64,000 nt of DNA, from assembly GCA_963555985.3 (NCBI GenBank), contig OY820591.1, positions 2,176,001 to 2,240,000 on the forward strand, read 5' to 3'. The DNA comes from Dehalococcoidia bacterium. GTDB lineage: Bacteria > Chloroflexota > Dehalococcoidia > Bin125. Position 1 is the first letter of the stretch; each line of letters starts with the position of its first letter. Position numbers and translations under genes: made by a program. The notes beneath the pieces were generated by a model. The model was not told the origin of the DNA. It worked only from the letters and a program-made list of their open reading frames with translations, and did no database searches. This document shows, in pieces, positions 7,945 to 15,875 of this stretch.

Positions 7945-9831
7945 CTAGCCCACTGCAACATCCCACCGATCCGCACAGTTCTGGACGACCAGATCGACAT
8001 CCTCGGCGAGAATCACACCCTCCGCCGCAAGACTCTCCGCATCCCCTCTGACCCGATCGAGATACGACGCTTTGTCCCCATACCGCGCCAGAATCTCCTC
8101 CCGACTGAACCACTGAGTCAGACCCACAAAGTGACTCGTCAAATCCTCCCCACCCGTCTCCGGGTGACGCGGATTCCAACCGGTATGCAGACCGAGCGGC
8201 TGCGTCAGATCCGGCAATCTGAGACCTGCAATCTCATTCCCATGCTCGTCGACCGCCGACACATAGCCCTGGTACTCCGCCCCCTCAACCGGCGGCAGCG
8301 CAGACCAATCCACCGTCCGCACCCGCGACAGACGCTCCGCATCCGGCGTCGTCACCCGATCACTCAGTTGCAACAGCACCTCTCCCCGCTTGGCGGCGGT
8401 GCCCTTAGCCAGACTCGGCACACTCGTCGGCGGCGGCTCCGACTCCCCAGCCGCCCAGCGATCCAGATTCACCAGCGCCGCCCGCATCAGCGGCGACTGA
8501 TCCACAGCGTTATGCCGGTACATGCTGCGATCGGCGGTCAAGTAGAAACTGTCAATCGGCTCGGCCTGACCAGCCCCGTGCTGCGTACACGCCAACAGAT
8601 AATGCCGCGACTGCGGATGCTCCGGAACATCCTCGCCCGTGGCCGGATCAATGTCGATCAGCGACGCATCCCCGCGCCAGAACTCCCAACTCGTATTCGT
8701 CTTCACGATCTTCGGCGTCGCGCCCTGTTCGTCCGAGCGCCCCAGTAACCCGTCGCACGCACCGGTCAACGGATCATCGCGCTCGACATCGGCGAAGGGA
8801 AACTCATGGATCGGCCCGGCCAGGAACAGCTGCGACGGCTGACCGTAGCGCCGGTTGAACTCGCCCCGAATGCCGCCCGCGACGTGGATGTGCATCCCGT
8901 CAAAGGCGCGCTGCGAGGGAGCGTCCGGATCACGGTTCAGGCCCAGATACAACAGGTGGCGAAGGAAGCGCCCGCTCTGCGAAATCCCGAAGCCATGCAC
9001 GCGCTCATAAGAACGCTGCCAGCCGCGCAGAAACAGCGCCGCATCGCGGAACGCGAGCAGACCCGTTCCGACAACCGGCGAGCGGTCGGTCGGATAGACG
9101 ACCTCGTAGATCTTGCCCGGCGTAAACCCGCCCTCAAGCCAAAGGTCGCGCGCACTCGGGACCACGCCCTCCTCGGTCTGCCGCGCAAACCGCCAACGCT
9201 CGCGTGAAATCTCGCGCGGCTCATCGTCCTCAAAGTCGAGCTCATAGAGACGCGAGCGCCCGTCCTCGTGCTCCGAGACCGGATAACCCGGCTGCCCCAG
9301 GTGCTCGATCGGCATCGAGGCCAACGGCTCGCTGGGACGCAAGTCGGTAATCGCCTCGCCCGACATCGGCTTGTCGTCCGCGCCCAGCGCTTCGGGAGCC
9401 TCAAAGTCCAGCAAGGTCGGAGCGTCAGGCGTGTTCCACTGCCAAGCGACCGAAGCCACGCTGAACCCATGCCGAAACAGGAAGCCGTCGCCGGGATGCA
9501 GCGGATCGGTGAGCGAGAACTCAGGCGGCGTCCGATTCAGCGAACCAGGCAGCAAACTCCGTCCCCGATTGGGCACATCGATCACGAGCGCCCCGTTCCC
9601 GGCCGACGCATCCGTCGGCCGCATCAGCACCAGATCGCCGCTAAAGCGAACGCAACCGTCCGATCCGCGCGGCGCGCACTCGAGGTCGGTGATCCGCTGA
9701 TGGTCTTCCAGCGCCGGATTGACCGCGTAGTGCAGCCGCGCCCGGATCAGCTCAAACGCCCCAGCGTCGCCGAACGCTTGCCCGTCGGCGTACGGTCCCT
9801 GCTGCACAATTTCGATTCGTTCGACGGACAT
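7945..9831 (-). CDS. Alpha/beta hydrolase domain protein (Abhydrolase_10-like)
   Basis: DVPNRG, GISQSGRFLR nucleophile motif, VDEHGNEIAGLRLP. Confidence 0.85.
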   Translation of the reverse strand: MSVERIEIVQQGPYADGQAFGDAGAFELIRARLHYAVNPALEDHQRITDLECAPRGSDGCVRFSGDLVLMRPTDASAGNGALVIDVPNRGRSLLPGSLNRTPPEFSLTDPLHPGDGFLFRHGFSVASVAWQWNTPDAPTLLDFEAPEALGADDKPMSGEAITDLRPSEPLASMPIEHLGQPGYPVSEHEDGRSRLYELDFEDDEPREISRERWRFARQTEEGVVPSARDLWLEGGFTPGKIYEVVYPTDRSPVVGTGLLAFRDAALFLRGWQRSYERVHGFGISQSGRFLRHLLYLGLNRDPDAPSQRAFDGMHIHVAGGIRGEFNRRYGQPSQLFLAGPIHEFPFADVERDDPLTGACDGLLGRSDEQGATPKIVKTNTSWEFWRGDASLIDIDPATGEDVPEHPQSRHYLLACTQHGAGQAEPIDSFYLTADRSMYRHNAVDQSPLMRAALVNLDRWAAGESEPPPTSVPSLAKGTAAKRGEVLLQLSDRVTTPDAERLSRVRTVDWSALPPVEGAEYQGYVSAVDEHGNEIAGLRLPDLTQPLGLHTGWNPRHPETGGEDLTSHFVGLTQWFSREEILARYGDKASYLDRVRGDAESLAAEGVILAEDVDLVVQNCADRWDVAVG

Positions 9832-9914
9832 TGGCGACCTCGCTTCCAGTCCCACCTAGACTAAGGCCTCCCCAGAACCCCTTTCTGATCACCCCTCTGC
9901 TCCCCTCTCCCTGA

Positions 9915-10059
9915 GGAGACCTGCGCGTAATCCCGGATTCCGTCATTCCAGGCTTGACCTGGAATCTCGTCCGGAATTGCGGGCTCTCTGGTCGGAGCGA
10001 GATTCCAGCGTTCGCTGGAATGACGAGAGCAGCGGGAATGCCAATTTGCAAAGGCCTCC
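9915..10059. mobile_element. ~145-bp MITE with IS5/IS1106-like ends and a GTCATTCC palindromic core
   Basis: Ends GGAGACCTGCGCGTAA / TTTGCAAAGGCCTCC; ~100-bp core nearly identical to 13950-14050. Confidence 0.7.
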
Positions 10060-10110
10060 GCAGGCGGGGAGTGAGGGCGAGGGGCCCTCCTGTTACCCAG
10101 ATAACACTTT

Positions 10111-10143
10111 CGTACTACTCATATATTCGGAATATATATACTA
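10111..10143 (+). promoter_or_regulatory. AT-rich operator/promoter of the HTH gene (degenerate SOS-box-like)
   Basis: Perfect palindrome ATATATTC-G-GAATATAT (10121-10137) abutting TATACT (10137-10142) in a high-GC background. Confidence 0.6.
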
Positions 10144-10187
10144 TGGCAAGAATCGCGTCACAGCTCAACACAGGAGAGCGAGCAAGC

Positions 10188-11123
10188 ATGACCTTTCCCC
10201 GCTACCCCAACCCCGCCCGCCGCGCCAAACTGCTCCAAGCCCACCAACTCCGGCAACAAGGACTCACCCTCCGACAGATCGCCCAGGAGATGGGCTGCGC
10301 ACACTCCACCGTCGCCGCCTACCTCAAAGACTTCGAACTCTTCCGCGCCGACTTGATCCAGGAACTCGCCGCCGACCAACTCGTCGTCCACCTGCTCCAA
10401 CTCGCCGATCTCAACGACGAACACCACGACCGCCGCCGCGCCGACATCCGCGAATTGCGCCTGCTGCTCACGGCCGTGCCCCACATCCGCCGCGACGAGT
10501 CCGAACGCACCCAAGAACTCGTCCAGGGCGGCGTCAGCGTCGACCGCTACGGTCAACGCTACCCCAGGCCCGAACGCTTCTTCCCCCCCACACCCGAAGA
10601 GATCGAGCAGATCAACCAACCCCACGCCGAACCGAACGCCGACCTCGACCCCGACCAAGCCCTCGTCTGCACCCCCGAACCCGCTCGAACAGCACCGAAC
10701 AGCACCGAACAAGAACTTTCCGCTTCCCCTCTCCCCCCCTTGCAGGGGAGATGTCCCGTAGAGCCTGCCCCCGCGCACGCGGGGGACAGAGGGGGGGCGC
10801 CGCCCGCCAAACACGCCGAACACACCGACGAACCCGCCCGAACAAAATCGAACAAGCCCGAACAAGAAACCGCCCAAACCCCAGCCCAGGACGGCGAATC
10901 GGCCGAAACCGGCCAGATTTCCCCCGACCCCGCCCTCCAACAGGCCATCGACGACATCGACCGCCGGCTCAAAGACATCCTCAGCGACCGAGACTGGCTC
11001 AACGACTACCCGTCCCGCAACCCCCGGCACCCCGAACGCCGGAAAGCCCTGCGCCTCGTCGAGCAAAAGCAAGCCCTGCTCGCCCAACTCCACGCGGAAC
11101 CGGAGGCCCCCGACGCAGCCTGA
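10188..11123 (+). CDS. Uncharacterised N-terminal HTH protein with embedded DNA repeat arrays
   Basis: RQQGLTLRQIAQEMGCAHSTVAAYL HTH; AGGAG RBS. Confidence 0.8.
   Translation: MTFPRYPNPARRAKLLQAHQLRQQGLTLRQIAQEMGCAHSTVAAYLKDFELFRADLIQELAADQLVVHLLQLADLNDEHHDRRRADIRELRLLLTAVPHIRRDESERTQELVQGGVSVDRYGQRYPRPERFFPPTPEEIEQINQPHAEPNADLDPDQALVCTPEPARTAPNSTEQELSASPLPPLQGRCPVEPAPAHAGDRGGAPPAKHAEHTDEPARTKSNKPEQETAQTPAQDGESAETGQISPDPALQQAIDDIDRRLKDILSDRDWLNDYPSRNPRHPERRKALRLVEQKQALLAQLHAEPEAPDAA
10676..10863 (+). repeat. Two arrays of 4x CGAAC at exact 10-bp spacing inside the HTH gene
   Basis: CGAAC ends at 10680/10690/10700/10710 and 10833/10843/10853/10863. Confidence 0.85.
10726..10797. repeat. REP-like palindrome inserted in frame in the HTH gene
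   Basis: CCCCT..GGGGAGATGTCCCGTAG..GGGACAGAGGGGG matches the reverse complement of intergenic 39138-39187. Confidence 0.75.
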
Positions 11124-11153
11124 CCGACGCCAACCCCGCCAGCCGCCGCTCAG

Positions 11154-11315
11154 GGAGACCCTTGCGAAAGTCGCCGGTCCGCGGATCACGTCATTCCCGC
11201 GAACGCGGGAATCCATGCAGCGATCGAGTGGGACGGGAATTCCCGCGTTCGCAGACCGTTGCAACCCTCTATATCCGTCATTCCCGCGCAGCCTGCCCCT
11301 GCGCAGGCAGGGGGG
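11154..11315. repeat. Cluster of GTCATTCCCGCG REP-like repeats and MITE-end fragments
   Basis: GGAGACCCTTGCGAAA, CGTCATTCCCGCGAACGCGGGAATCC, GACCGTTGCAA, GTCATTCCCGCGCAGCCTGCCCCTGCG. Confidence 0.75.
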
Positions 11316-11319
11316 CTCC

Positions 11320-12453
11320 TCAGTCCAAGCCCCAGATCGCCTGGGCGTTCCCGCCCACGATCTTCTGCGCGTCCTCGATCGAGTCGGTCGCGTCGAACAC
11401 GTCCCAGAGGCTTTGCTGCGCGTAGCCGACCGCGCTTTCGGGGTGCGGGTAGTCGCTGCCCCAGAGCACCTTGTCGACGCCGATCAGGTCGAGCTGGCGC
11501 AGGCCGGACGGATCCTCGATGAAGGTCGCGTAGCAGTTCTCGAACCAGTAGTGGCTGGGCTTGTTCGCCAGCTTCGGCGTCATCTCGCTCTCGAACGAGG
11601 CGTACACCTTGTCGCAATCGAACAGGCAGCTCGGCACCCAGGAAATACCGCCCTCGGTGAAGACCACCTTGAGGCCGGGGTTGCGCTCAAAAATGCCCGC
11701 GAAGGCCAGCAGCGCGAACAGCCGCCGGAACGGCTGGAACGCCACCACGATCGTCGTCGCCAGCCCGCCCTGACCGCGAGCGTCGAACGTCTCGCCCACG
11801 TGGAAGCTGAGCGGCAGGCCCGACTCGCCGATCGCCTTCCACATCGGCTCCAGCGCGCGCGCGTTGTAGTACACCTTCGCGTGCGGCGGCGGCAGCGAGG
11901 GCATCAGCACGCCCTTGAACCCCAGCGCCTTAATCTTCTGCAGCTCGTCCTCGGTCCGCTCGGGGTCCCAGTAGTTGAGCAGAGCGAGGCCGTGCAGCTT
12001 GTCGGGGTACTCCGCGCAAAACTCGGCCAGCATCTCGTTGTAGGCGTCCATGCAGGCCTGGATGTAGTCGAAATCCTGGTTCCGAATCACACCCAACATC
12101 CGCTGCGGGAACAGGATCTCCTGATCCACGCCCTCGCGCGAGATCTCCTCCACACGAATGCCCGCGTCCCACATCCCCGCCCGGCCCTCGATCATCTCCG
12201 AAGGCATTGCCGGGTTGTCGGTCGTCTGACCGTCGATCTCCATGTGGAAGCCGCGCTCGTTGAACACCCCGCGCGGCGCCCGGTCGCGGTACTTGGCCGG
12301 CATTCGATCGACGAATGCGCCCGTCTCCAGCCAGTGGCTGTCGGCCGAGATCACGGTCGTGCCCGCAGGCAGCGGTCGTTGCGTCGCCGGCAATTCGCGC
12401 TGGTTCGGCCAAGGCAGAGGATCGGTGCTGATGCTGCTCAGAGTCGTGGTCAT
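11320..12453 (-). CDS. Amidohydrolase_2 family protein
   Basis: ISADSH, SFHVG, EGGISW, WGSDYPHPES. Confidence 0.9.
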   Translation of the reverse strand: MTTTLSSISTDPLPWPNQRELPATQRPLPAGTTVISADSHWLETGAFVDRMPAKYRDRAPRGVFNERGFHMEIDGQTTDNPAMPSEMIEGRAGMWDAGIRVEEISREGVDQEILFPQRMLGVIRNQDFDYIQACMDAYNEMLAEFCAEYPDKLHGLALLNYWDPERTEDELQKIKALGFKGVLMPSLPPPHAKVYYNARALEPMWKAIGESGLPLSFHVGETFDARGQGGLATTIVVAFQPFRRLFALLAFAGIFERNPGLKVVFTEGGISWVPSCLFDCDKVYASFESEMTPKLANKPSHYWFENCYATFIEDPSGLRQLDLIGVDKVLWGSDYPHPESAVGYAQQSLWDVFDATDSIEDAQKIVGGNAQAIWGLD

Positions 12454-12561
12454 GGATTGTGGTCCGTTCGCTGCGGGACGTGCGAGTGTGTCATGAGTCT
12501 CACAAACAGGATACCGCCCTCAAGCACAGCGCTTGACCGTTTCACGGTTAGCCTGCGCAGC

Positions 12562-13860
12562 ATGGCTGTCGAAGCGACAACGTATGAGCCGCAGGGCGCG
12601 AAACGACGGCGGATTGGGCGCATCTACTACGGCTGGTACGTGCTCTTCGGCATGGTCGTCGCGCTGATCGTCGCCGAGGGCGTCACGATCGGCTCACTCA
12701 GCGCCTACACCGAGCCGCTCGAGAACCACTTCGGCTGGTCCCGCCGAGACGTCTCGATGGGCTTCTCGGTCACGGTCGGCACGATTGGCCTCTTCGCGCC
12801 CTTCATTGGCAGGCTGATTGACGTCGTCGGCCCGCGCCGCCTGATGCTGATCGGCGCGCCCCTCTGCGGCGCGGCCTTCGTCCTGCTCGCCTTCATGACC
12901 CAGCTCTGGCATTGGTACGTCTACCTCGGCGTCTCCTCGCTGGCCCTGGGAATGATCGCCTACATCCCCGCCCAGGCGCTGGCGGTGCGTTGGTTCGACC
13001 GCCGCCGCGCGGTGGCGCTCAGCATCATCGGCGCCTCCGTCTGGATGGGCCAGTTGCTGATGCTGCCGCTGGTGCAGTTCATCATTTCCACCCTCGGTTG
13101 GGAAGACGCCTTCATCTATTCGGCCATGCTCATCGTCGGCGCCTACGTCGTCGCCTTCATCTTCGTTCGCGATCGCCCCAGAGCGAACGAAAGCGATTCC
13201 GCTGCGCCGCCCGCCTCGGCGACCTCAGCCGAACCGGTCGCGCTCAGCGGCATGACGCTCGCTCAGACGATGCGCACCCCCCTCTTCTGGGCGCTCGTCG
13301 GCGGCCTCATGCTGCTCTACTTCGTCGTCTTCGGCTGGATGTCCCAGGGCGTGCCCTACTACCAATCGGTGGGCTTCTCCGACACCTGGTCGGCGCAGAT
13401 CGTCTCGCTCACTGCGGGCGGCGCAGTGGTCTGGCTGCTGACCGCCGGTTCGCAACTCGAACGCTTCCGCCGCCCCGAGCGCATCGCCGCATTCGGCGCG
13501 TTATTCGTCTGCGCTTCGCTGATGGTGCTCTACGCCACCGGAGGCAACATCCCCGGCGTCGGCATCGCGGTCGTGTTGTACATCGTCGGCTTCGCCGCGA
13601 CCCCGCCGCTGGAGGCGCTCATGCTCTCGCGCGCCTTCGGGCTGCGCAACTTCGCCACGATCATGGGCACCGCCTTCCTCTTCCAGACGATCGCGATCGT
13701 CTTCTCACCCATCATCGCCGGCGAGATCTACGACCGAGACGGCAACTACGACCTGGTGCTCATCATCTACGCGATCTGCGTCGCCGCCAGTTCTGTGGTC
13801 TTCCTGATTGCAAGTCGCTTGCCGCAACCATTCGCCCGGCAGTCGCAGTTGGATGCATAA
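12562..13860 (+). CDS. MFS transporter
   Basis: YYGWYV, GRLIDVVGPRR motif A, about 12 hydrophobic segments; TAGCCT -10 element 7 nt before ATG. Confidence 0.92.
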   Translation: MAVEATTYEPQGAKRRRIGRIYYGWYVLFGMVVALIVAEGVTIGSLSAYTEPLENHFGWSRRDVSMGFSVTVGTIGLFAPFIGRLIDVVGPRRLMLIGAPLCGAAFVLLAFMTQLWHWYVYLGVSSLALGMIAYIPAQALAVRWFDRRRAVALSIIGASVWMGQLLMLPLVQFIISTLGWEDAFIYSAMLIVGAYVVAFIFVRDRPRANESDSAAPPASATSAEPVALSGMTLAQTMRTPLFWALVGGLMLLYFVVFGWMSQGVPYYQSVGFSDTWSAQIVSLTAGGAVVWLLTAGSQLERFRRPERIAAFGALFVCASLMVLYATGGNIPGVGIAVVLYIVGFAATPPLEALMLSRAFGLRNFATIMGTAFLFQTIAIVFSPIIAGEIYDRDGNYDLVLIIYAICVAASSVVFLIASRLPQPFARQSQLDA

Positions 13861-13924
13861 TCCATGTTCCATCATTCCCGCCTACGGAGACCGTTGCAAA
13901 AGTCCGCTCTCCTCTCCCCCTTGA

Positions 13925-14070
13925 GGAGGCCTATGCAAAATCCCCATTTCCGTCATTCCAGGCTTGACCTGGAATCTCGTCCGGAATTGCGGGCTATCTG
14001 GTCGGAGCGAGATTCCAGCGTTCGCTGGAATGACGAGAGCAACGGGAATGTGATTTACGCGCAACTCTCC
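13925..14070. mobile_element. Second copy of the ~145-bp MITE, with TTGA target duplication, inserted in a REP
   Basis: TTGA|GGAGGCCTATGCAAAA...TTTACGCGCAACTCTCC|TTGA; flanks rejoin into a CTCCCCCTTGAAGGGGAGATG palindrome. Confidence 0.75.
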
Positions 14071-14153
14071 TTGAAGGGGAGATGCCGCAGCCTGCCCCTG
14101 GCCTGAACAGGGGGCAGAGGGGGTGAGAACGTTGAATGCCGATGATGACGAAC

Positions 14154-14230
<77 letters not shown>

Positions 14231-14254
14231 ACGAATTCAGCTTACTACCAGCCC

Positions 14255-15394
14255 CTACCAGTTGCTGAACGCTCCGTCGCGGCGCTGGAGCATCGGCGCG
14301 TATCCAACGCCCGGCTCTGGGTACTTCGACGCAGCCTCAGCGTCAAAGCTGATACCCCAGCCCGGCTGCTCGCTGGGCAGCGCATGACCGCGCTCGAACG
14401 GAGTCTGCTGCGGGAACACATCCTCCAGCACCGAACCGGGTTCGCGGGCCATCTCCAACACGCCGGCGTTGCTCGAGGCGAGAGTCAAGTGCGCTCCCGC
14501 CGCCGACGAGACCGGTCCCAGCGGGTTGTGCGGCGCGATCTGGATGTGGTGCGTCTCGGCCCAGCGCGCGATCTTGAGCGCCTCGGTCAATCCGCCGACC
14601 AAGCAGAGATCGATCCTTGCGTAATCGATCAACTCCTCCTCGATCGCAGTGGCGAAACCCCACTTGGTGAACCACTGCTCGCCAGCCGCAAGCGGCACGC
14701 TGGTGCGTTCGCGCAGACGCCGATAGGACTCGGGCCGCTCGGAGCGCAGCGCATCCTCAATGAAGTAGGGATTAACGTCCTCAACCGCTCGGCAGTAGCG
14801 CAGCGCATCGGGCAGATCGATCCGGGTATGGACATCGACGCAAAGCTCCAACTCAGGTCCGAAGTGCGAGCGCACAGCCTCGATCGCACGCACCGACTTG
14901 CGCACCGCGTCGGAAGGATCGAACGCTTCGCCCGTCGTGCCGCTGAACCCCCAGCGCGCGAAGCGCCAGCCGCCAGCGACGGTGCGCTCGATGTCGTCGA
15001 TCAATTGAGCAGGATCATCTTCGCCCTCGTTATGCGGATAGCACTGCATCCGCTCGCGCACGAGTCCGCCGATCAGGTTGTAGACGGGCTGTCCGAGCAG
15101 CTTGCCCTTCAGGTCCCAGAGCGCAAGGTCGATCGCGGAGATGGCTGCGCAGTTGATCCGGTCGGCGGGGAAGAACGACGCGCGCGCCATCAGCTGCCAG
15201 AGCTGCTCGGTGCGCATCGGGTCTTTACCGAGGACGAGTTCCGAGAAGCGTTCAACACAGGCAGCGACGGCCTGTTCCTGCCAAGTGAGCCCGGACTCGC
15301 CGACGCCGAAGGAGCCGTCGTCGGCTGTGACCGTGACGAACAAGTGCGGACGCCAGGTCATGATCGGATAGACGTCAACGCTGGCGACCTTCAT
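14255..15394 (-). CDS. Mandelate racemase/galactonate dehydratase-like enolase-superfamily enzyme
   Basis: [31 protein letters not shown]. Confidence 0.9.
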   Translation of the reverse strand: MKVASVDVYPIMTWRPHLFVTVTADDGSFGVGESGLTWQEQAVAACVERFSELVLGKDPMRTEQLWQLMARASFFPADRINCAAISAIDLALWDLKGKLLGQPVYNLIGGLVRERMQCYPHNEGEDDPAQLIDDIERTVAGGWRFARWGFSGTTGEAFDPSDAVRKSVRAIEAVRSHFGPELELCVDVHTRIDLPDALRYCRAVEDVNPYFIEDALRSERPESYRRLRERTSVPLAAGEQWFTKWGFATAIEEELIDYARIDLCLVGGLTEALKIARWAETHHIQIAPHNPLGPVSSAAGAHLTLASSNAGVLEMAREPGSVLEDVFPQQTPFERGHALPSEQPGWGISFDAEAASKYPEPGVGYAPMLQRRDGAFSNW

Positions 15395-15425
15395 TGCATT
15401 GCCCTTCAGTCACGCCGCAAACCGG

Positions 15426-15551
15426 CGGTTTCAGTCCCCGATGTACTCGGGGACCCGCTCGGCCCGCGCCGCGCAGAGTGGTCATGCGACCGACAGCCAG
15501 CCGAGGCTGAACGGGAGCAAGTCCCCGCGCGGAGGCGGGGACGGGAAACCG
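15426..15551. ncRNA. Candidate structured RNA (twin GTCCCCG/CGGGGAC hairpins in a closing stem)
   Basis: CGGTTTC..GAAACCG closes two hairpins with the same 7-bp stem plus two smaller ones; no family recognised. Confidence 0.35.
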
Positions 15552-15559
15552 GAGGCGAG

Positions 15560-15778
15560 CTACCGCCGATCATCCCGCCCGTCGTAGATCGGCTCGTTCA
15601 GGTAGACGTCGCCGTTGCGGATCTTGAGGTTGAAGAGGCACTTCGTGTCGGTACAGACCCAGGCTTTGAAGTGCACGGCGGCGCCCTGTCCGCCGAAGTC
15701 GGACAGGGGCACGAGGACGCCGTCTTCGCACTCCGTGCACTTGGGAAATCCGCCGACTACCAGACCTTCGCTCGCCAT
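15560..15778 (-). CDS. Small Zn-ribbon-like protein
   Basis: FPKCTEC..LVPLSDFG..KAWVCTDTKC (CxxC...CxxxxC). Confidence 0.8.
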   Translation of the reverse strand: MASEGLVVGGFPKCTECEDGVLVPLSDFGGQGAAVHFKAWVCTDTKCLFNLKIRNGDVYLNEPIYDGRDDRR

Positions 15779-15875
15779 CGCCCCGCTTCTCTCTTGGGCC
15801 GCGCCCGCTCACCGGCATCCACAGCACAGTCCCGCACAGCGCCGGCCCGTAAACAGGATAGCCGCGTGAGCGGCG

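Noticed and set aside
10100-10145. AT-rich patch near the skew switch as a replication origin
   Set aside because: No DnaA-box cluster or dnaA/dnaN; better explained as the HTH gene promoter
11215-12561. N-terminal 450 aa of the 881-aa ORF, suggesting a fusion to the MFS transporter
   Set aside because: It is the antisense shadow of the amidohydrolase; the MFS has its own start at 12562
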